Of a stretch of 64,000 nt of DNA, positions 19,895 to 30,652 are shown piece after piece. The position numbers and the translations under genes were made by a program. How positions within the stretch are numbered: the first letter of the stretch is position 1; every line of letters starts with the position of its first letter. Under the pieces are notes generated by a model. It saw nothing but the letters and a program-made list of their open reading frames with translations, was not told where the DNA came from and searched no databases. Origin of the DNA: Gemmatales bacterium (GTDB lineage: Bacteria > Planctomycetota > Planctomycetia > Gemmatales > HRBIN36); assembly GCA_041640595.1 (NCBI GenBank), contig JBEPZY010000009.1:100263-164262 (forward strand). The letters run 5' to 3'.

Positions 19895-20163
19895 GGTGGC
19901 GTAATGGATTTCCTGGTAATCAGCCTGGAAAGAGACGGTTTCACCTGGGCTGGGGTAAGATGCTACCAGCTAACGCCCTTCCGGCGCGCTCCCGTCCATG
20001 TTAGGGAATCTTTCTTGTGGTGAAAAGAGCGCAGCCTAAGCCGCACTTCGGTCTGGCCGGCTTACGGAAACAAAACACACCCTATCCGGTGGCCTGGCAA
20101 ATTATTCCGACCGCTTTTCGCCCGACAATGCCCAGAACCGGAACTTTCGGGCAGAGCTTAGAG

Positions 20164-20913
20164 CTAATTGCGGCTCCTGAGCAATGCCAGGAGGATGTAG
20201 TAGAAGAGCGTTACGACAGAAGCAAACAGTCCCAGGGCGGCAGCGACATGCTGGTCGGTGCGATAGTGATACATCACGTTGGAAGTCTGGTAAATAATCG
20301 CTCCGCTCACCAGGCCCACCATCGCCAGTGCAAACCACAATCCCAGATTGAATCCGAACAAAATGGCGGCGACAATCAGGCCCAGGGCCAGCCAGGAAAG
20401 CACCCAGAGAATCGGCCCGAGGTAACTGAAATCTTTGCGGGTCGTGAACACGCAAGCCGTCAATCCACCGAACACCGCCAGCGTCAAAATGGCGGCCTGA
20501 CCGATGAGTGTTGGTTCGCCCAGCACGTGCTTTACCACAAACAGCAGCGGCAGGCAAATAATCGCCTCTGCAACCGTGTACACGGCCAGGCCAGCATACT
20601 GCAAAGCTGGCGAAGCGTCGGACATCGCCCACTTTTCCGCCAACCAGGCCACCAGCATGAATAGCCCCAGCACGACCAGCCAGCTGTAGTTTCCCAGCGC
20701 GACCATGCTCTTCAAGATTTGCACCGATAACGGCCACAAGGGCACCAGGAGCAGGTACTCGATGGCTACGAAAGCTAAAAGTGCACCGGCCACATGCGCA
20801 TACACTCGGCGAATAAAAGCCGCCCGTTCCGCCGGAATCGCAAACGCTGCTGGCAGCGAACGCACATCCTGACCTTCGTAGAATTCGTACTCGGCCGCAT
20901 GGTATTGGGACAT
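20164..20913 (-). CDS. Bax inhibitor-1/YccA family membrane protein
   Basis: FIRRVYAH, RKDFSYLG, about seven TM segments; AAGGAG RBS. Confidence 0.92.
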   Translation of the reverse strand: MSQYHAAEYEFYEGQDVRSLPAAFAIPAERAAFIRRVYAHVAGALLAFVAIEYLLLVPLWPLSVQILKSMVALGNYSWLVVLGLFMLVAWLAEKWAMSDASPALQYAGLAVYTVAEAIICLPLLFVVKHVLGEPTLIGQAAILTLAVFGGLTACVFTTRKDFSYLGPILWVLSWLALGLIVAAILFGFNLGLWFALAMVGLVSGAIIYQTSNVMYHYRTDQHVAAALGLFASVVTLFYYILLALLRSRN

Positions 20914-21288
20914 GGCTAGCTCCTTGTAAGCAGGTGCCACACTTTGCTTACCCCCGCTGACCAATTTTAGCACCGCAGCCAGCAACATTCAATAGAGCCA
21001 CCAGCGAGTGTCGGCCTTCGCTTATTAGCGTTATGACGACTGCAACCAGGTCACGGCCGAAGAAACACAGAAGGTCGTCGTGACTCGCACGTCAGCCATC
21101 CGCGCAAAGACGAGCGAAACCGGTCACACACGCACAGCTGACGGAAGGTCACCGGGATTTGCACGTCAGCTATCCGCTCTGCGGTCGGATGTCGTGGCAG
21201 AAGAGACACGGAAGGGCGCCCATTGCGCTTTCTACAATGCCATCGGTCAGGAACGGCAAGCAGCTCGTTCACGAATGGAACTTTTGCC

Positions 21289-21861
21289 ATGCCCGCAAGC
21301 AGCGCCTATCCAGAAACGATTGCCTCTTTGCTGCAACCTCGCCTGATGGCTCTGGGGCCGGGTGAGCCGGTACTGGAACAGCGTCCGCGTTTGGAACGGC
21401 TAAGCCCCGAGCATCTCCTCAAGCCGGGACAATCACTTGCCGACCAATCCGCCGCCGCATGTTGCCTGGCAGGGCTCTGGCTGCTCTACGACTTTCTCGA
21501 CGAATGCCATGGCATTTGCCAGCGGATTTCGACTGCGGAGGGCAGTTACTGGCACGCCATCATGCACCGCCGCGAACCAGACGAGGGTAACAGCAAGTAC
21601 TGGTGGCGGCGTGTCGGTAACCACGCCATTTTTCCGCAGCTTGCCCGCGAGGCGTCGGCGTTAGCGTCGAAGTTTGGCCAGCTGCCTTCGTATGCGACAT
21701 GGCTAGCTGACGGGCAACGCTGGGATCCTTTTTCGTTTGTGGATTTATGTGCCACCGTTCGCGACACCGGCTCGCCCCTGGAAGTGCTCTGCCAGCAAAT
21801 ACAACTTGCGGAGTGGCGTCTCTTGTTTGATTACTGCTATGCTCGGGCGGTGGTCGGTTGA
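21289..21861 (+). CDS. Conserved hypothetical protein
   Basis: LAGLWLLYDFLDECHGICQ, YWHAIMHRREPD, NSKYWWRRVG, EWRLLFDYC look like a conserved family. Confidence 0.8.
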   Translation: MPASSAYPETIASLLQPRLMALGPGEPVLEQRPRLERLSPEHLLKPGQSLADQSAAACCLAGLWLLYDFLDECHGICQRISTAEGSYWHAIMHRREPDEGNSKYWWRRVGNHAIFPQLAREASALASKFGQLPSYATWLADGQRWDPFSFVDLCATVRDTGSPLEVLCQQIQLAEWRLLFDYCYARAVVG

Positions 21862-22862
21862 GACACTTCGGATGAATCAGGAAGCAGCCGGACGAGCAGC
21901 GTCTCCAGCACCAATCGCGGTGGCAGATTGGTGCTTTTGAGTTGGGAGTCGGCTTGCAGAAGCCAGTCATACAGCCGCAACGCTCGCCGACCAAGACGCC
22001 GCAAAAGCACCAGCACACGTTCACGCTGCCACGGTTGTAAACCCACACGCGGCAACGCCTGCTGCTCGGTCCAACCCTGCCGCAACAGCCGCGCTATCTG
22101 AGCTACTTTTCGCAATTGCCAGCTCAGCGCTGCCAGTATGGCCAGCGGTTCCTGGCCCTGATCGAGAAGCTGGTTCAAGATGGTCAGGGCTCGATGGCCC
22201 TCTCCCGCACCTGCTGCCTCCAGAATCTCCCACACCGTTTGAACCCGATTTCGGGCCACCAGACCATCCACGTCCTGCACCGTGATGGTGTCGCGCGAAC
22301 CAACGTAAACGGCCAATTTCGCAAGTTCCTGCTCCAGCAAACCCAAATCGCCACCGGTCAATTCCACAAGTAATTCCGCCGCGTCGCTGCTGATCTTTTT
22401 GCCGTGCACGTTCTCCGCTCGCGCTACGAACCAGGGTACCAGCTGCCTGGGTTTGGGCGGGTCGCAAACGATTACCGCGTCGCCCGGCAAAGCCCTGGCC
22501 AGTCGGGTATTGCTCGCCCACTTGTCAACCAGCAAAACCAGCACTGCCGTCGCACTGCCCCCTGCCAGTTTCTCCAGCGATTCCCGAAACCGTGATACAA
22601 ACCCGTCGGCATCATCTACCACGATCACTCGCCGCGGACCCCAGAGTGCAGGCGTTTGCAACTCGCTGAATACTTCCGCCAGATTCTCGCTTTCCCCAGT
22701 GTAAAACGACCGCGACCAGTCCGAAGCATCTTCGCCAGCCAAACGGCCTAACAGTCGCTCCAGCACCAGCCGTTTCAGATACCGATCGCCGCCTGCCAGC
22801 ACATAGATTGGTCGAACGCTACGCAGGGGTTTGTTTTCCGCCAGGAATTGCAGTGCATCCAT
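21837..22862 (-). CDS. holA: DNA polymerase III subunit delta
   Basis: PIYVLAGGDRYL, LWGPRRVIVV, LEQELAKL, DSQLKS; 341 aa. Confidence 0.93.
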   Translation of the reverse strand: MDALQFLAENKPLRSVRPIYVLAGGDRYLKRLVLERLLGRLAGEDASDWSRSFYTGESENLAEVFSELQTPALWGPRRVIVVDDADGFVSRFRESLEKLAGGSATAVLVLLVDKWASNTRLARALPGDAVIVCDPPKPRQLVPWFVARAENVHGKKISSDAAELLVELTGGDLGLLEQELAKLAVYVGSRDTITVQDVDGLVARNRVQTVWEILEAAGAGEGHRALTILNQLLDQGQEPLAILAALSWQLRKVAQIARLLRQGWTEQQALPRVGLQPWQRERVLVLLRRLGRRALRLYDWLLQADSQLKSTNLPPRLVLETLLVRLLPDSSEVSQPTTARA

Positions 22863-22917
22863 TGTGCTTCGCCGCCACGATCAACGTTCATTTCGCCTCA
22901 GGCTTCATTGCCTTGTT

Positions 22918-23346
22918 TCATTGTATCGGGCGTGGCTGCGGTAGCTGCAAAGGCGGTGGCGAGGATAGTCGCGTGGCCTCGGGAACTGGCAACGGTGCCT
23001 CCCCTTCAGGCGGTAACGCTCCGGGGCCAAACCAGTAGCCCGGCATGTGCACATAGTAGTTGTAGTACGCATAAGGGTACCAGTAGTAATCGGTGGCAAA
23101 CCGGATGTTCGGATAATACCGCCATGCCGATGGATAATACAGCTCCACCTGGGAAAAGTTCGGCTGTACCGGTGGGACATAGGGAATGAAAACTGCCCCG
23201 GCGGGATAATAGTGGCTGATGGATGGCACCGTGCTCACCCGTACGAATACCCGTCCGCTCGGACTGAGTATTTCCTGGGCCGTGGCTTGCCCGGATGCCC
23301 ACAAAGCTACCACGAAACACGCTGCCACGCACCACTGATTTTTCAT
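22918..23346 (-). CDS. Hypothetical secreted Tyr/Pro-rich protein
   Basis: Signal peptide (ATA-QE), Tyr-rich core, Pro-rich tail, AAGGA RBS. Confidence 0.75.
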   Translation of the reverse strand: MKNQWCVAACFVVALWASGQATAQEILSPSGRVFVRVSTVPSISHYYPAGAVFIPYVPPVQPNFSQVELYYPSAWRYYPNIRFATDYYWYPYAYYNYYVHMPGYWFGPGALPPEGEAPLPVPEATRLSSPPPLQLPQPRPIQ

Positions 23347-23524
23347 TCCTTTTCTCCCTGTCGCACGGTTACCGTCGGCCCGTCAAGTCATGGCCGGGGT
23401 CCGGGAAACTTCGCCCGATTTTTCTCGTGGGGCACTTTCTACCAGCCAGTCCAAGCATAGCTTACGGGGAAACTCTCGGCCAGTGTCTGCGGCTGAGCGT
23501 TCGCAAAGCCGCCCGCACTATACA

Positions 23525-24724
23525 ATGGCAGGTATGCGGGTGCTGCATTTTGATTGCTTCAGCGGTATCAGCGGCGATATGACCCTGGGAGCCCTGGTGA
23601 GCCTGGGTGTCCCGCCGGAGGTTATCCACGATGCTCTTGCCCAGTTGCAGCTGCCTGTGCGAGTCGAGTTCGAAGCTGTGAAGCGTTGCGGTTTTGCCGC
23701 CATCCACGCCCGCGTAATTGCAGAAGAGGATGTTGCTCATCACAGGCATCTCCGCGATATCGAGGTCATTTTGAACCAGAGCCGATTGCCTGAAGAAGTT
23801 CGCCAACTCGCCGGGCGTATCTTTCGCCGTCTGGCCAGCGCCGAAGCAACAGTGCACGGGCAACCCGTGGAAACAGTGCATTTCCACGAAGTTGGGGCTC
23901 TGGACAGCATTGCGGATATTGTGGGAGTTGCTGCCGGCTTGTGCTGGCTGCGAGCCGAACGCTATTCGGCAAGCCCGGTGCCTACCGGTTACGGTCAAAT
24001 ACGCGGTGCCCACGGTTGGATGCCGATACCCGCTCCCGGAACCCTGGAACTGCTCAAAGGCGTGCCGCTGGCTCCTTCCCAAATTGAAGCGGAATTGACC
24101 ACGCCCACCGGTGCCGCCATTCTGACCACCCTGGTTCAGGAATGGACTCCGACGCCTGCCCTGACCGTGCAGCAGGTGGGTTACGGTGCCGGCAGCCGCG
24201 ATTTTCCCGATCGGCCTAATATTCTCCGCCTCATCCTGGGCACAACTTCCGGCCTGTCTGGTGTGGTGGAAGAAACCGTCGCCGTGCTCGAAACGCAACT
24301 CGATGACGTCAGCCCCCAGGTGCTGGCTTATTGTCAGGAACAGCTCTTTGCCGCGGGCGCCCTGGATGTTGTGCTACAACCGGTTTACATGAAGAAGAAC
24401 CGACCCGGCACCTTGATTACCGTGCTGGCCCGACCGGAATCAGTAGCGTCGTTGGAAGCGATACTATTTCGCGAAACGCCCACCCTGGGAATTCGCCACT
24501 ATATTTGCACCCGTCATAAACTTCCTCGCCAGCAAGCCGAGGTGCAAACTCCCTGGGGCAACGTCCGCGGAAAAATAATTCACCTTCCCGCTGGCCAGGT
24601 GCGTTTCGCTCCGGAGTACGAAGACTGCGCACGTATCGCCCGCCAGACCGGTTTGCCAATTCACATCGTTCGCGAAACGGCCCTAAAATGTTTTCAACCG
24701 CCCGCTACTCAACAACAGACCTAA
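23525..24724 (+). CDS. larC: Nickel-pincer cofactor biosynthesis protein LarC
   Basis: DCFSGISGDMTLGAL, VHFHEVGALDSIAD, ELTTPTGAA, MKKNRPG, PEYEDC. Confidence 0.95.
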   Translation: MAGMRVLHFDCFSGISGDMTLGALVSLGVPPEVIHDALAQLQLPVRVEFEAVKRCGFAAIHARVIAEEDVAHHRHLRDIEVILNQSRLPEEVRQLAGRIFRRLASAEATVHGQPVETVHFHEVGALDSIADIVGVAAGLCWLRAERYSASPVPTGYGQIRGAHGWMPIPAPGTLELLKGVPLAPSQIEAELTTPTGAAILTTLVQEWTPTPALTVQQVGYGAGSRDFPDRPNILRLILGTTSGLSGVVEETVAVLETQLDDVSPQVLAYCQEQLFAAGALDVVLQPVYMKKNRPGTLITVLARPESVASLEAILFRETPTLGIRHYICTRHKLPRQQAEVQTPWGNVRGKIIHLPAGQVRFAPEYEDCARIARQTGLPIHIVRETALKCFQPPATQQQT

Positions 24725-24757
24725 GTCAGGGATTCCTGTCACAGGGAGCGCGGAACT

Positions 24758-26176
24758 ATGGATCGGCCTCGCACTCTCGGCGAACTCAAAGCCTCCGGTT
24801 ATCAGCCAGTCAGTGTCAAGGAGGAAATGCGCAGAAACTTGATTCGCATGCTCCAGCAGGGAGAACCTTTATTCCCCGGCATCCTTGGTTATGAAGAAAC
24901 TGTTATCCCCGAGATTTGCAATGCTATCCTTTCTAAGCATGATATGCTGTTATTAGGTTTACGGGGCCAGGCCAAGACTCGCATCATTCGCATGCTGACC
25001 CGATTTCTCGACGACTATATTCCCGTGCTGGCTAATACTCCGACGAACGATAATCCCTTCGCTCCTATCAGCCGGGAAGGGAAGGATTTGATCGAACAAC
25101 TCGGTGACCAGGCACCTATCGCATGGCTGAGCCGCGACCAGCGCTACCACGAAAAGCTGGCGACACCTGACGTTACCGTCGCCGACTTGATAGGTGAGAT
25201 TGACCTCATCAAGCACGCTGAAGGGAAATACCTCTCCGATGAGCGAATCATTCACTATGGCCTGATTCCTCGCACCAATCGAGGCATTTTCGCCATTAAT
25301 GAGCTACCGGATCTAAGCCCGAAAATCCAGGTAGCACTGTTCAACGTGCTCGAGGAGCGGGACGTTCAAATCCGTGGTTTTCCGATACGCCTGCCGCTGG
25401 ACATTTGCCTGGTATTTACGGCCAACCCCGAAGACTATACGAACCGCGGAAGAATCGTTACGCCTTTGAAAGACCGTATAGGTTCCGTGATTCGCACACA
25501 TTATCCCCGCGACCGCAAGACAGGCGTTGCTATTATCGAAAACAATGCCTGGCTTAGACGGGAAACTTTACCCATTTACGTACCCGATTACATAAAGGCG
25601 ATCATTGAAGAGACCGCGCGACTGGCACGGCAATCGCCGGCCATCAACCAGACATCCGGCGTAAGCGTCCGCTTTTCGGTCGCGGCTATGGACAATGTCC
25701 TAAGCAACGCGGAACGTCGGGCGATTTTGCTGGGCGAAGCGGTTGCCGTTCCGCGGATTACAGACTTAGCATACATAGTGGCCAGCGGCCGAGGCAAGAT
25801 CGAGCCGGTCATCACCGAGGACGACAGCCAGGAAGACCGTATCCTGCACAAGCTGCTGGGCGAGGCGATTAGAAATATATTCGCGGAATCTTACGATCTA
25901 AAGTCGCTGCGGGCTGTTGTTGAATGGTTTGACAGCGGTCATACCTTTATTATCGGCGACTTATTACCATCACGCCGGTATTGGGAACAGCTGGAGGAAA
26001 TTCCGGCCCTCCGGAAAGAGGTCGTTCAGCAACTTAGTGAACACGCCGGGAAAGTGCCCGCAGCGGGACGGGATCCGCTTGCGGCCAGCCTGAGCGAGTG
26101 GATACTTGAGGGGCTTTACGTACATAACAAGATTAGCAAGGCCAGTCGGGAAGGGCAGATTGCTTATCGGCGTTGA
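24758..26176 (+). CDS. Mg-chelatase ChlI-like AAA+ ATPase
   Basis: GLRGQAKT, INELPDL, ANPEDYTNRGRI, KDRIGS. Confidence 0.9.
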   Translation: MDRPRTLGELKASGYQPVSVKEEMRRNLIRMLQQGEPLFPGILGYEETVIPEICNAILSKHDMLLLGLRGQAKTRIIRMLTRFLDDYIPVLANTPTNDNPFAPISREGKDLIEQLGDQAPIAWLSRDQRYHEKLATPDVTVADLIGEIDLIKHAEGKYLSDERIIHYGLIPRTNRGIFAINELPDLSPKIQVALFNVLEERDVQIRGFPIRLPLDICLVFTANPEDYTNRGRIVTPLKDRIGSVIRTHYPRDRKTGVAIIENNAWLRRETLPIYVPDYIKAIIEETARLARQSPAINQTSGVSVRFSVAAMDNVLSNAERRAILLGEAVAVPRITDLAYIVASGRGKIEPVITEDDSQEDRILHKLLGEAIRNIFAESYDLKSLRAVVEWFDSGHTFIIGDLLPSRRYWEQLEEIPALRKEVVQQLSEHAGKVPAAGRDPLAASLSEWILEGLYVHNKISKASREGQIAYRR

Positions 26177-26342
26177 CACGAAGCGGTCACTTTTTCGCCT
26201 GTTTAAAAAACCAATAAGCCCGGCGAAACTTAGCAGGGCAGGCATTTCGGTCCGAGCCTGTTTTAGGAGATCCCCTAATCTCGTTCGGCCCGCGTTGACC
26301 GGAGTATGCTTTGTTAGAAAGCTAGCGATTCGACTTGCATGC

Positions 26343-26816
26343 TTAGACGGGCAAACCGAGGGCACGTCGCTTTTCTTCGATAAATTTTACGTGGTGGGGA
26401 ATGTGGTTAATCGCGGTTTGCAATAACTGTTCGACCGTCCGCGGTCCTGCCTGATTGTGTACGGCCACACGTTGAAAATCCTCAGGCTTGAGTGTGCGCA
26501 GGATTCGCGCCAGTTGCCGTCTTGTCCACTCGATAATGTTAAGTTCCTCTTCCAGGTCGCGCTCGTGATAAGCAAGGCGCTGCACGAATAAGTCGTGATT
26601 TGCCGCAAGAATCGTGGGGCGATCTTCGGCGATCGCGCGTTTAATGCGATCGGCGAAAATCGGCTCAAAGTCGGCCAGATGGCAAACGACTTCCATAGTG
26701 CTCCACCGACCCGGAACCGGTCGGGCCAGGAGTTGCTCTTTAGTCATCCCGGCTACAGCACGACGCACTAAATCCGGGCCAGCTAAATATTCTCGAATCC
26801 GCGCTTCTATATCCAT
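26343..26816 (-). CDS. DinB-family protein
   Basis: PGRWSTMEVVCHLADFE...NHIPHH. Confidence 0.9.
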   Translation of the reverse strand: MDIEARIREYLAGPDLVRRAVAGMTKEQLLARPVPGRWSTMEVVCHLADFEPIFADRIKRAIAEDRPTILAANHDLFVQRLAYHERDLEEELNIIEWTRRQLARILRTLKPEDFQRVAVHNQAGPRTVEQLLQTAINHIPHHVKFIEEKRRALGLPV

Positions 26817-26841
26817 AGTGTTGCTCCTTGATGGCGACCGG

Positions 26842-27780
26842 CTATAGTTCAAGTTGTTGTTTTTGCCACAGCCATTGCCGACGCAAGCCTTCATCGAGAC
26901 CGACCCGCGGCTGCCAGGAGAAATGAAGCCGCAATTTAGTGGTGTCCGCGAAAGTATAGCGCTGATCTCCAGGACGAGCGGCTTCCTGGCGAATCCTGGC
27001 TCGCCGACCGGTGATCATTTCCAGCTTGCGCACAATATCCCAGACAGTAGCAGTTTCGCCACCACCGACGTTGTATGTCTCGCCTGGACAGGCGTCCATA
27101 GCGCGGAGAGTGGCTTCGACGCAATCGCTGATATAAGTGTTACCACGCACCTGCAGGCCGTCTCCGTAAATAATCACCGGCTCATCGCGCAGGAGCGCCT
27201 CGATAAAACGATGATAGGCCATATCGGGCCGTTGCCGGGGGCCATATACGGAAAAATATCGCAACACCACAAGCGGCAAACCATAAGCCTCGGCGTGAGC
27301 GCGGCATAGATGCTCAGCCGCCAGCTTGGTCACTCCATAGGGGGAAATTGGTTTCAGGGGCAGACTTTCATCTCCGGAAGCGTAACGGCCATAGACGGAG
27401 GAAGTGCTGATATAGAGGAATCGTCTTAGCCTCGAAGCAGCAGTGCGAATCGCCTCTAATAGTCGGTGTGTAGCCAGCACATTGCAGGTCCAGTATCCTT
27501 CAAAATCCTGCCATGCCTGTACCAGACCAGGCATAGCCGCCAGGTGAAATATGTATTCGACCGAACTCACCAGCTGATTGAGATCGGCGGTTCGCAGATC
27601 AAGATCGTAAAAGCGAAAACGTGAATGGTTCAGCAATTCGGCTAAATTACGTTTTTTGATGGCGGGGTCATAGTAAGGGATGAATGCGTCAATTCCAAGA
27701 ACTTCGTGCCCCTCTTGCACAAGCCGCTCGCACAAATGGGAACCGATGAAACCAGCAGCACCGGTAACCAGACATCGCAT
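26842..27780 (-). CDS. NAD-dependent epimerase/dehydratase
   Basis: [30 protein letters not shown]. Confidence 0.95.
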   Translation of the reverse strand: MRCLVTGAAGFIGSHLCERLVQEGHEVLGIDAFIPYYDPAIKKRNLAELLNHSRFRFYDLDLRTADLNQLVSSVEYIFHLAAMPGLVQAWQDFEGYWTCNVLATHRLLEAIRTAASRLRRFLYISTSSVYGRYASGDESLPLKPISPYGVTKLAAEHLCRAHAEAYGLPLVVLRYFSVYGPRQRPDMAYHRFIEALLRDEPVIIYGDGLQVRGNTYISDCVEATLRAMDACPGETYNVGGGETATVWDIVRKLEMITGRRARIRQEAARPGDQRYTFADTTKLRLHFSWQPRVGLDEGLRRQWLWQKQQLEL

Positions 27781-27827
27781 CTGTCGTCCTCCCTGACTTA
27801 GTTAGTACGGGTGGCATTTATCTAAGC

Positions 27828-29771
27828 TTATTGCTTCAGGAGCTTGACCTCCGCTCCCTGACTATCCAGGCACTGAATTTCGAGAAAATCGGGCGGCTGA
27901 TTTGGCACCACGTGGATGAGTATCTGCATCTGCTTGCGTTCTTCCAGCGAACTAATATCCTTGCGTCGGCGATTGAGTAAATAATGAGCGACCGCTTCAG
28001 CGACGCGAAGATGAACCCGACGAATGTCGCCGTGGTGAGCAGCCAGCTGAAGCAGGCGCATGATTTCCAGGCTCATACTTTCCGCGGTTTTCACCTGACC
28101 GGTCCCGTGACACCAGGGGCAATCTTCAAAGATGCTGCGTTTCAGTGAGGGACGTATGCGTTGCCGAGTCATTTCTACAATGCAGAACGGCGACATTCGC
28201 AAAATCTTAGTGCGGGCCCGGTCTCGCTTGACAGCCTCCCGCAACGTGCGCTCCACGTCGCGTTTATGCTGTTCATCACGCATATCAATGAAGTCAATAA
28301 CAATAACTCCCCCTAAGTCCCGAAGGCGAAGTTGACGTGCAATCTCTTTGGCGGCGGCTAGATTTACTTGATATGCCGTTTGCTCGGCATCGTTATCTGC
28401 TCGAAAGTTACCGCTATTGACATCCACGGCCACCAGGGCTTCGGTGGTGTCAATGACGATCGAGGCTCCACCAGGTAGTTGCACACGCCGACTTTGCACA
28501 CGGGCAATTTCCTGTTCGATGCCGTAGCGGTGAAATAGGGGTTCGCTTTCGGAGTAAAGATGAAGGCGATTGGCATAACGCGGCATGACGATTTGTAAAA
28601 ACTCGCGGGCATGCTCGTAAGCGTGCGGCTCGTCCACCCAGATGTTTTCGATATTGCTATCGAAAACGTCGCGGATGGTGCGGATAATCATGTCGCTTTC
28701 CTGATAGATAAGGGCTGGTGCCCGCGTTTTCCGCACCCGTCGGATAACTACTTTCCAGACCCGCGACAGATAAGCCAGGTCGCGCTGCAATTCTTTCTTG
28801 GTGCGGTCTATGCCGGCTGTGCGAATAATAAAACCCAGCCCTCGAGGGGGATTTAGTTCCTGAAGGATTTGCCGGAGTCGCCGTCGTTTTTCCTCGTCCG
28901 TGATCTTGCGGGAAACGCCGATCCGGTTCAGACCCGGCATAAGCACCAGGTATCGGCCTGGAATACTAATATAAGTGGAGAGCGTGGGACCTTTCGTGCC
29001 TACACCTTCTTTGATCACCTGGACTAACACTTCTTGTCCGCGGCGAAAGATTTCCTGAATAGGTGGTTTGGGTTGACGGCGAGGGCTTATGCGAACTCGT
29101 GGCCGAGAACGAGTTGCCGTGGACGTCTCACCGGACACAGTAAAGGTTATCCTTGGAGCGTTTTCTGCACTGATAGCGGGCGGTTCGGAGGGTGCCTGGG
29201 TAATGGGCAGGGAATCGCTATCAACGGTGGCTAAAGCAGATTCCGGAGATGGAGTAGCGGTCGAGGCGGTTAATGTTTGCACTGCCTGGTCGGCGGGCGG
29301 CGAAGTTACTGAGGGAAGCGGTTCGGCAAAGCCACCAAACGGTCGCTCTCGGCCACGCGGCTCCGGAGGCGGGTGATGAGCCGGGACGGTTTCGATCTGC
29401 GTGAACGTAGTGCTGGCCGCTTCTGAAGATTCGTCCAGGCCGAATTCGTCGTCTTCCGGCGCTTCGTAAACAGGCATATCGGGAAGTTCCAACAACGGAT
29501 CCGCTGGAGCCGGCTTGCCTTCGAGAATGTGACGATAATACTGGGGAGCCACGTCGCTAACGTGCAGGAAGCCATTGCGGCCGACGCCGAAATCCACAAA
29601 AACTGCCTGGATGCTCGGCTCGATATTAACGATGCGTCCTTTGTAAATATTGCCGATATAGCTTTCGTGGGAAGTGCGTTCGATGTAGAGCTCTTCAAGA
29701 ACGCCATCCTCCAGAATAGCGATGCGACATTCTTCGGGCTCCAGGACATTAATAAGCATTTCCTTTTTCAT
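27828..29771 (-). CDS. rne: Ribonuclease E/G family
   Basis: GNIYKGRIVNIEPSIQAVFVDFG, DVNSG, RLRDLGGVIVIDFIDM, CPWCHGTG; low-complexity insert in the S1 region. Confidence 0.95.
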   Translation of the reverse strand: MKKEMLINVLEPEECRIAILEDGVLEELYIERTSHESYIGNIYKGRIVNIEPSIQAVFVDFGVGRNGFLHVSDVAPQYYRHILEGKPAPADPLLELPDMPVYEAPEDDEFGLDESSEAASTTFTQIETVPAHHPPPEPRGRERPFGGFAEPLPSVTSPPADQAVQTLTASTATPSPESALATVDSDSLPITQAPSEPPAISAENAPRITFTVSGETSTATRSRPRVRISPRRQPKPPIQEIFRRGQEVLVQVIKEGVGTKGPTLSTYISIPGRYLVLMPGLNRIGVSRKITDEEKRRRLRQILQELNPPRGLGFIIRTAGIDRTKKELQRDLAYLSRVWKVVIRRVRKTRAPALIYQESDMIIRTIRDVFDSNIENIWVDEPHAYEHAREFLQIVMPRYANRLHLYSESEPLFHRYGIEQEIARVQSRRVQLPGGASIVIDTTEALVAVDVNSGNFRADNDAEQTAYQVNLAAAKEIARQLRLRDLGGVIVIDFIDMRDEQHKRDVERTLREAVKRDRARTKILRMSPFCIVEMTRQRIRPSLKRSIFEDCPWCHGTGQVKTAESMSLEIMRLLQLAAHHGDIRRVHLRVAEAVAHYLLNRRRKDISSLEERKQMQILIHVVPNQPPDFLEIQCLDSQGAEVKLLKQ

Positions 29772-30523
29772 GCTGGTTGGGCCTCCACGACCGCCTCGTC
29801 GGCGAGTTGAAGTGTGACGCGTTCGATAACTGTACCTTCGTCCACTAAATGTTCGAGATCGAGAAGCCGCAGGATTTCTTCAGGCCGGGCTGTTCCTTGC
29901 GGTGTAATTGCACAGGAGAAATATAGATAGCCGCTGTCCAGCCAGATGCGTTCCACCCAGGGGCGAATGTCCAGGGAACGAATTTGCCGGCGCTGTACCG
30001 GGGCCACCAGCGGTACTTCGATATCCCCCATCGCCGGATCGGGTCGCTGAGTACCGCCTTCTAAAACGCGGACACGCTCGACCCACCAGTGCGGTTGCTG
30101 CTCCAGTTGGGCCAACCGTTGCGGAATGACGCTTTCCTGAAGTTCCGCCGGAATGGCCAGCCTGTAGATGGCTCGAACCGGTCGGGCAGTTTGCCTGGGA
30201 TCGATCAGGCGGACGGAGACGATTTCCAGGCCCGGTCGGCATTGCTCGGCGAGACGCCGGTGGATTTCCTCCGCGGGAATGGGTTCGGTGAATTCGATTT
30301 CGACAACCTCGTCCAGACCGGCGATACCCAATGCTAACGCACAAGCGAAGGCCATACGGGGCATCGGGTGGAACCCCTCCGACAGCCGGAAGGGTAAACC
30401 CGCCCGACGGAGCATGCGCTCGAACATCCGCGCCAGGTCGTGGTGACTGAAAAATCGCAGGTCACCGACCTTACGAAAGCGAATACGCGCCTTGGTAATC
30501 GTATTCATGTCGCCAGGAATCAC
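29768..30523 (-). CDS. Radical SAM-associated protein (TIGR03936/DUF2344-like)
   Basis: RIRFRKVGDLRFFSHHDL...RRAGLP...SEGFHPMPR; ATGA overlap with rne. Confidence 0.9.
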   Translation of the reverse strand: MIPGDMNTITKARIRFRKVGDLRFFSHHDLARMFERMLRRAGLPFRLSEGFHPMPRMAFACALALGIAGLDEVVEIEFTEPIPAEEIHRRLAEQCRPGLEIVSVRLIDPRQTARPVRAIYRLAIPAELQESVIPQRLAQLEQQPHWWVERVRVLEGGTQRPDPAMGDIEVPLVAPVQRRQIRSLDIRPWVERIWLDSGYLYFSCAITPQGTARPEEILRLLDLEHLVDEGTVIERVTLQLADEAVVEAQPA

Positions 30524-30652
30524 TCCTGGCCGGACACCTCTGCAGTAGGGAGCACATCGGCCAGAAACGAATTGCCCTGAGGCTGGTCGGAATGGGCAGA
30601 CAATTCGCCGGCCTGAAGTATTTGCTTGCGATGGCAGCAGGCATCCGGCACG

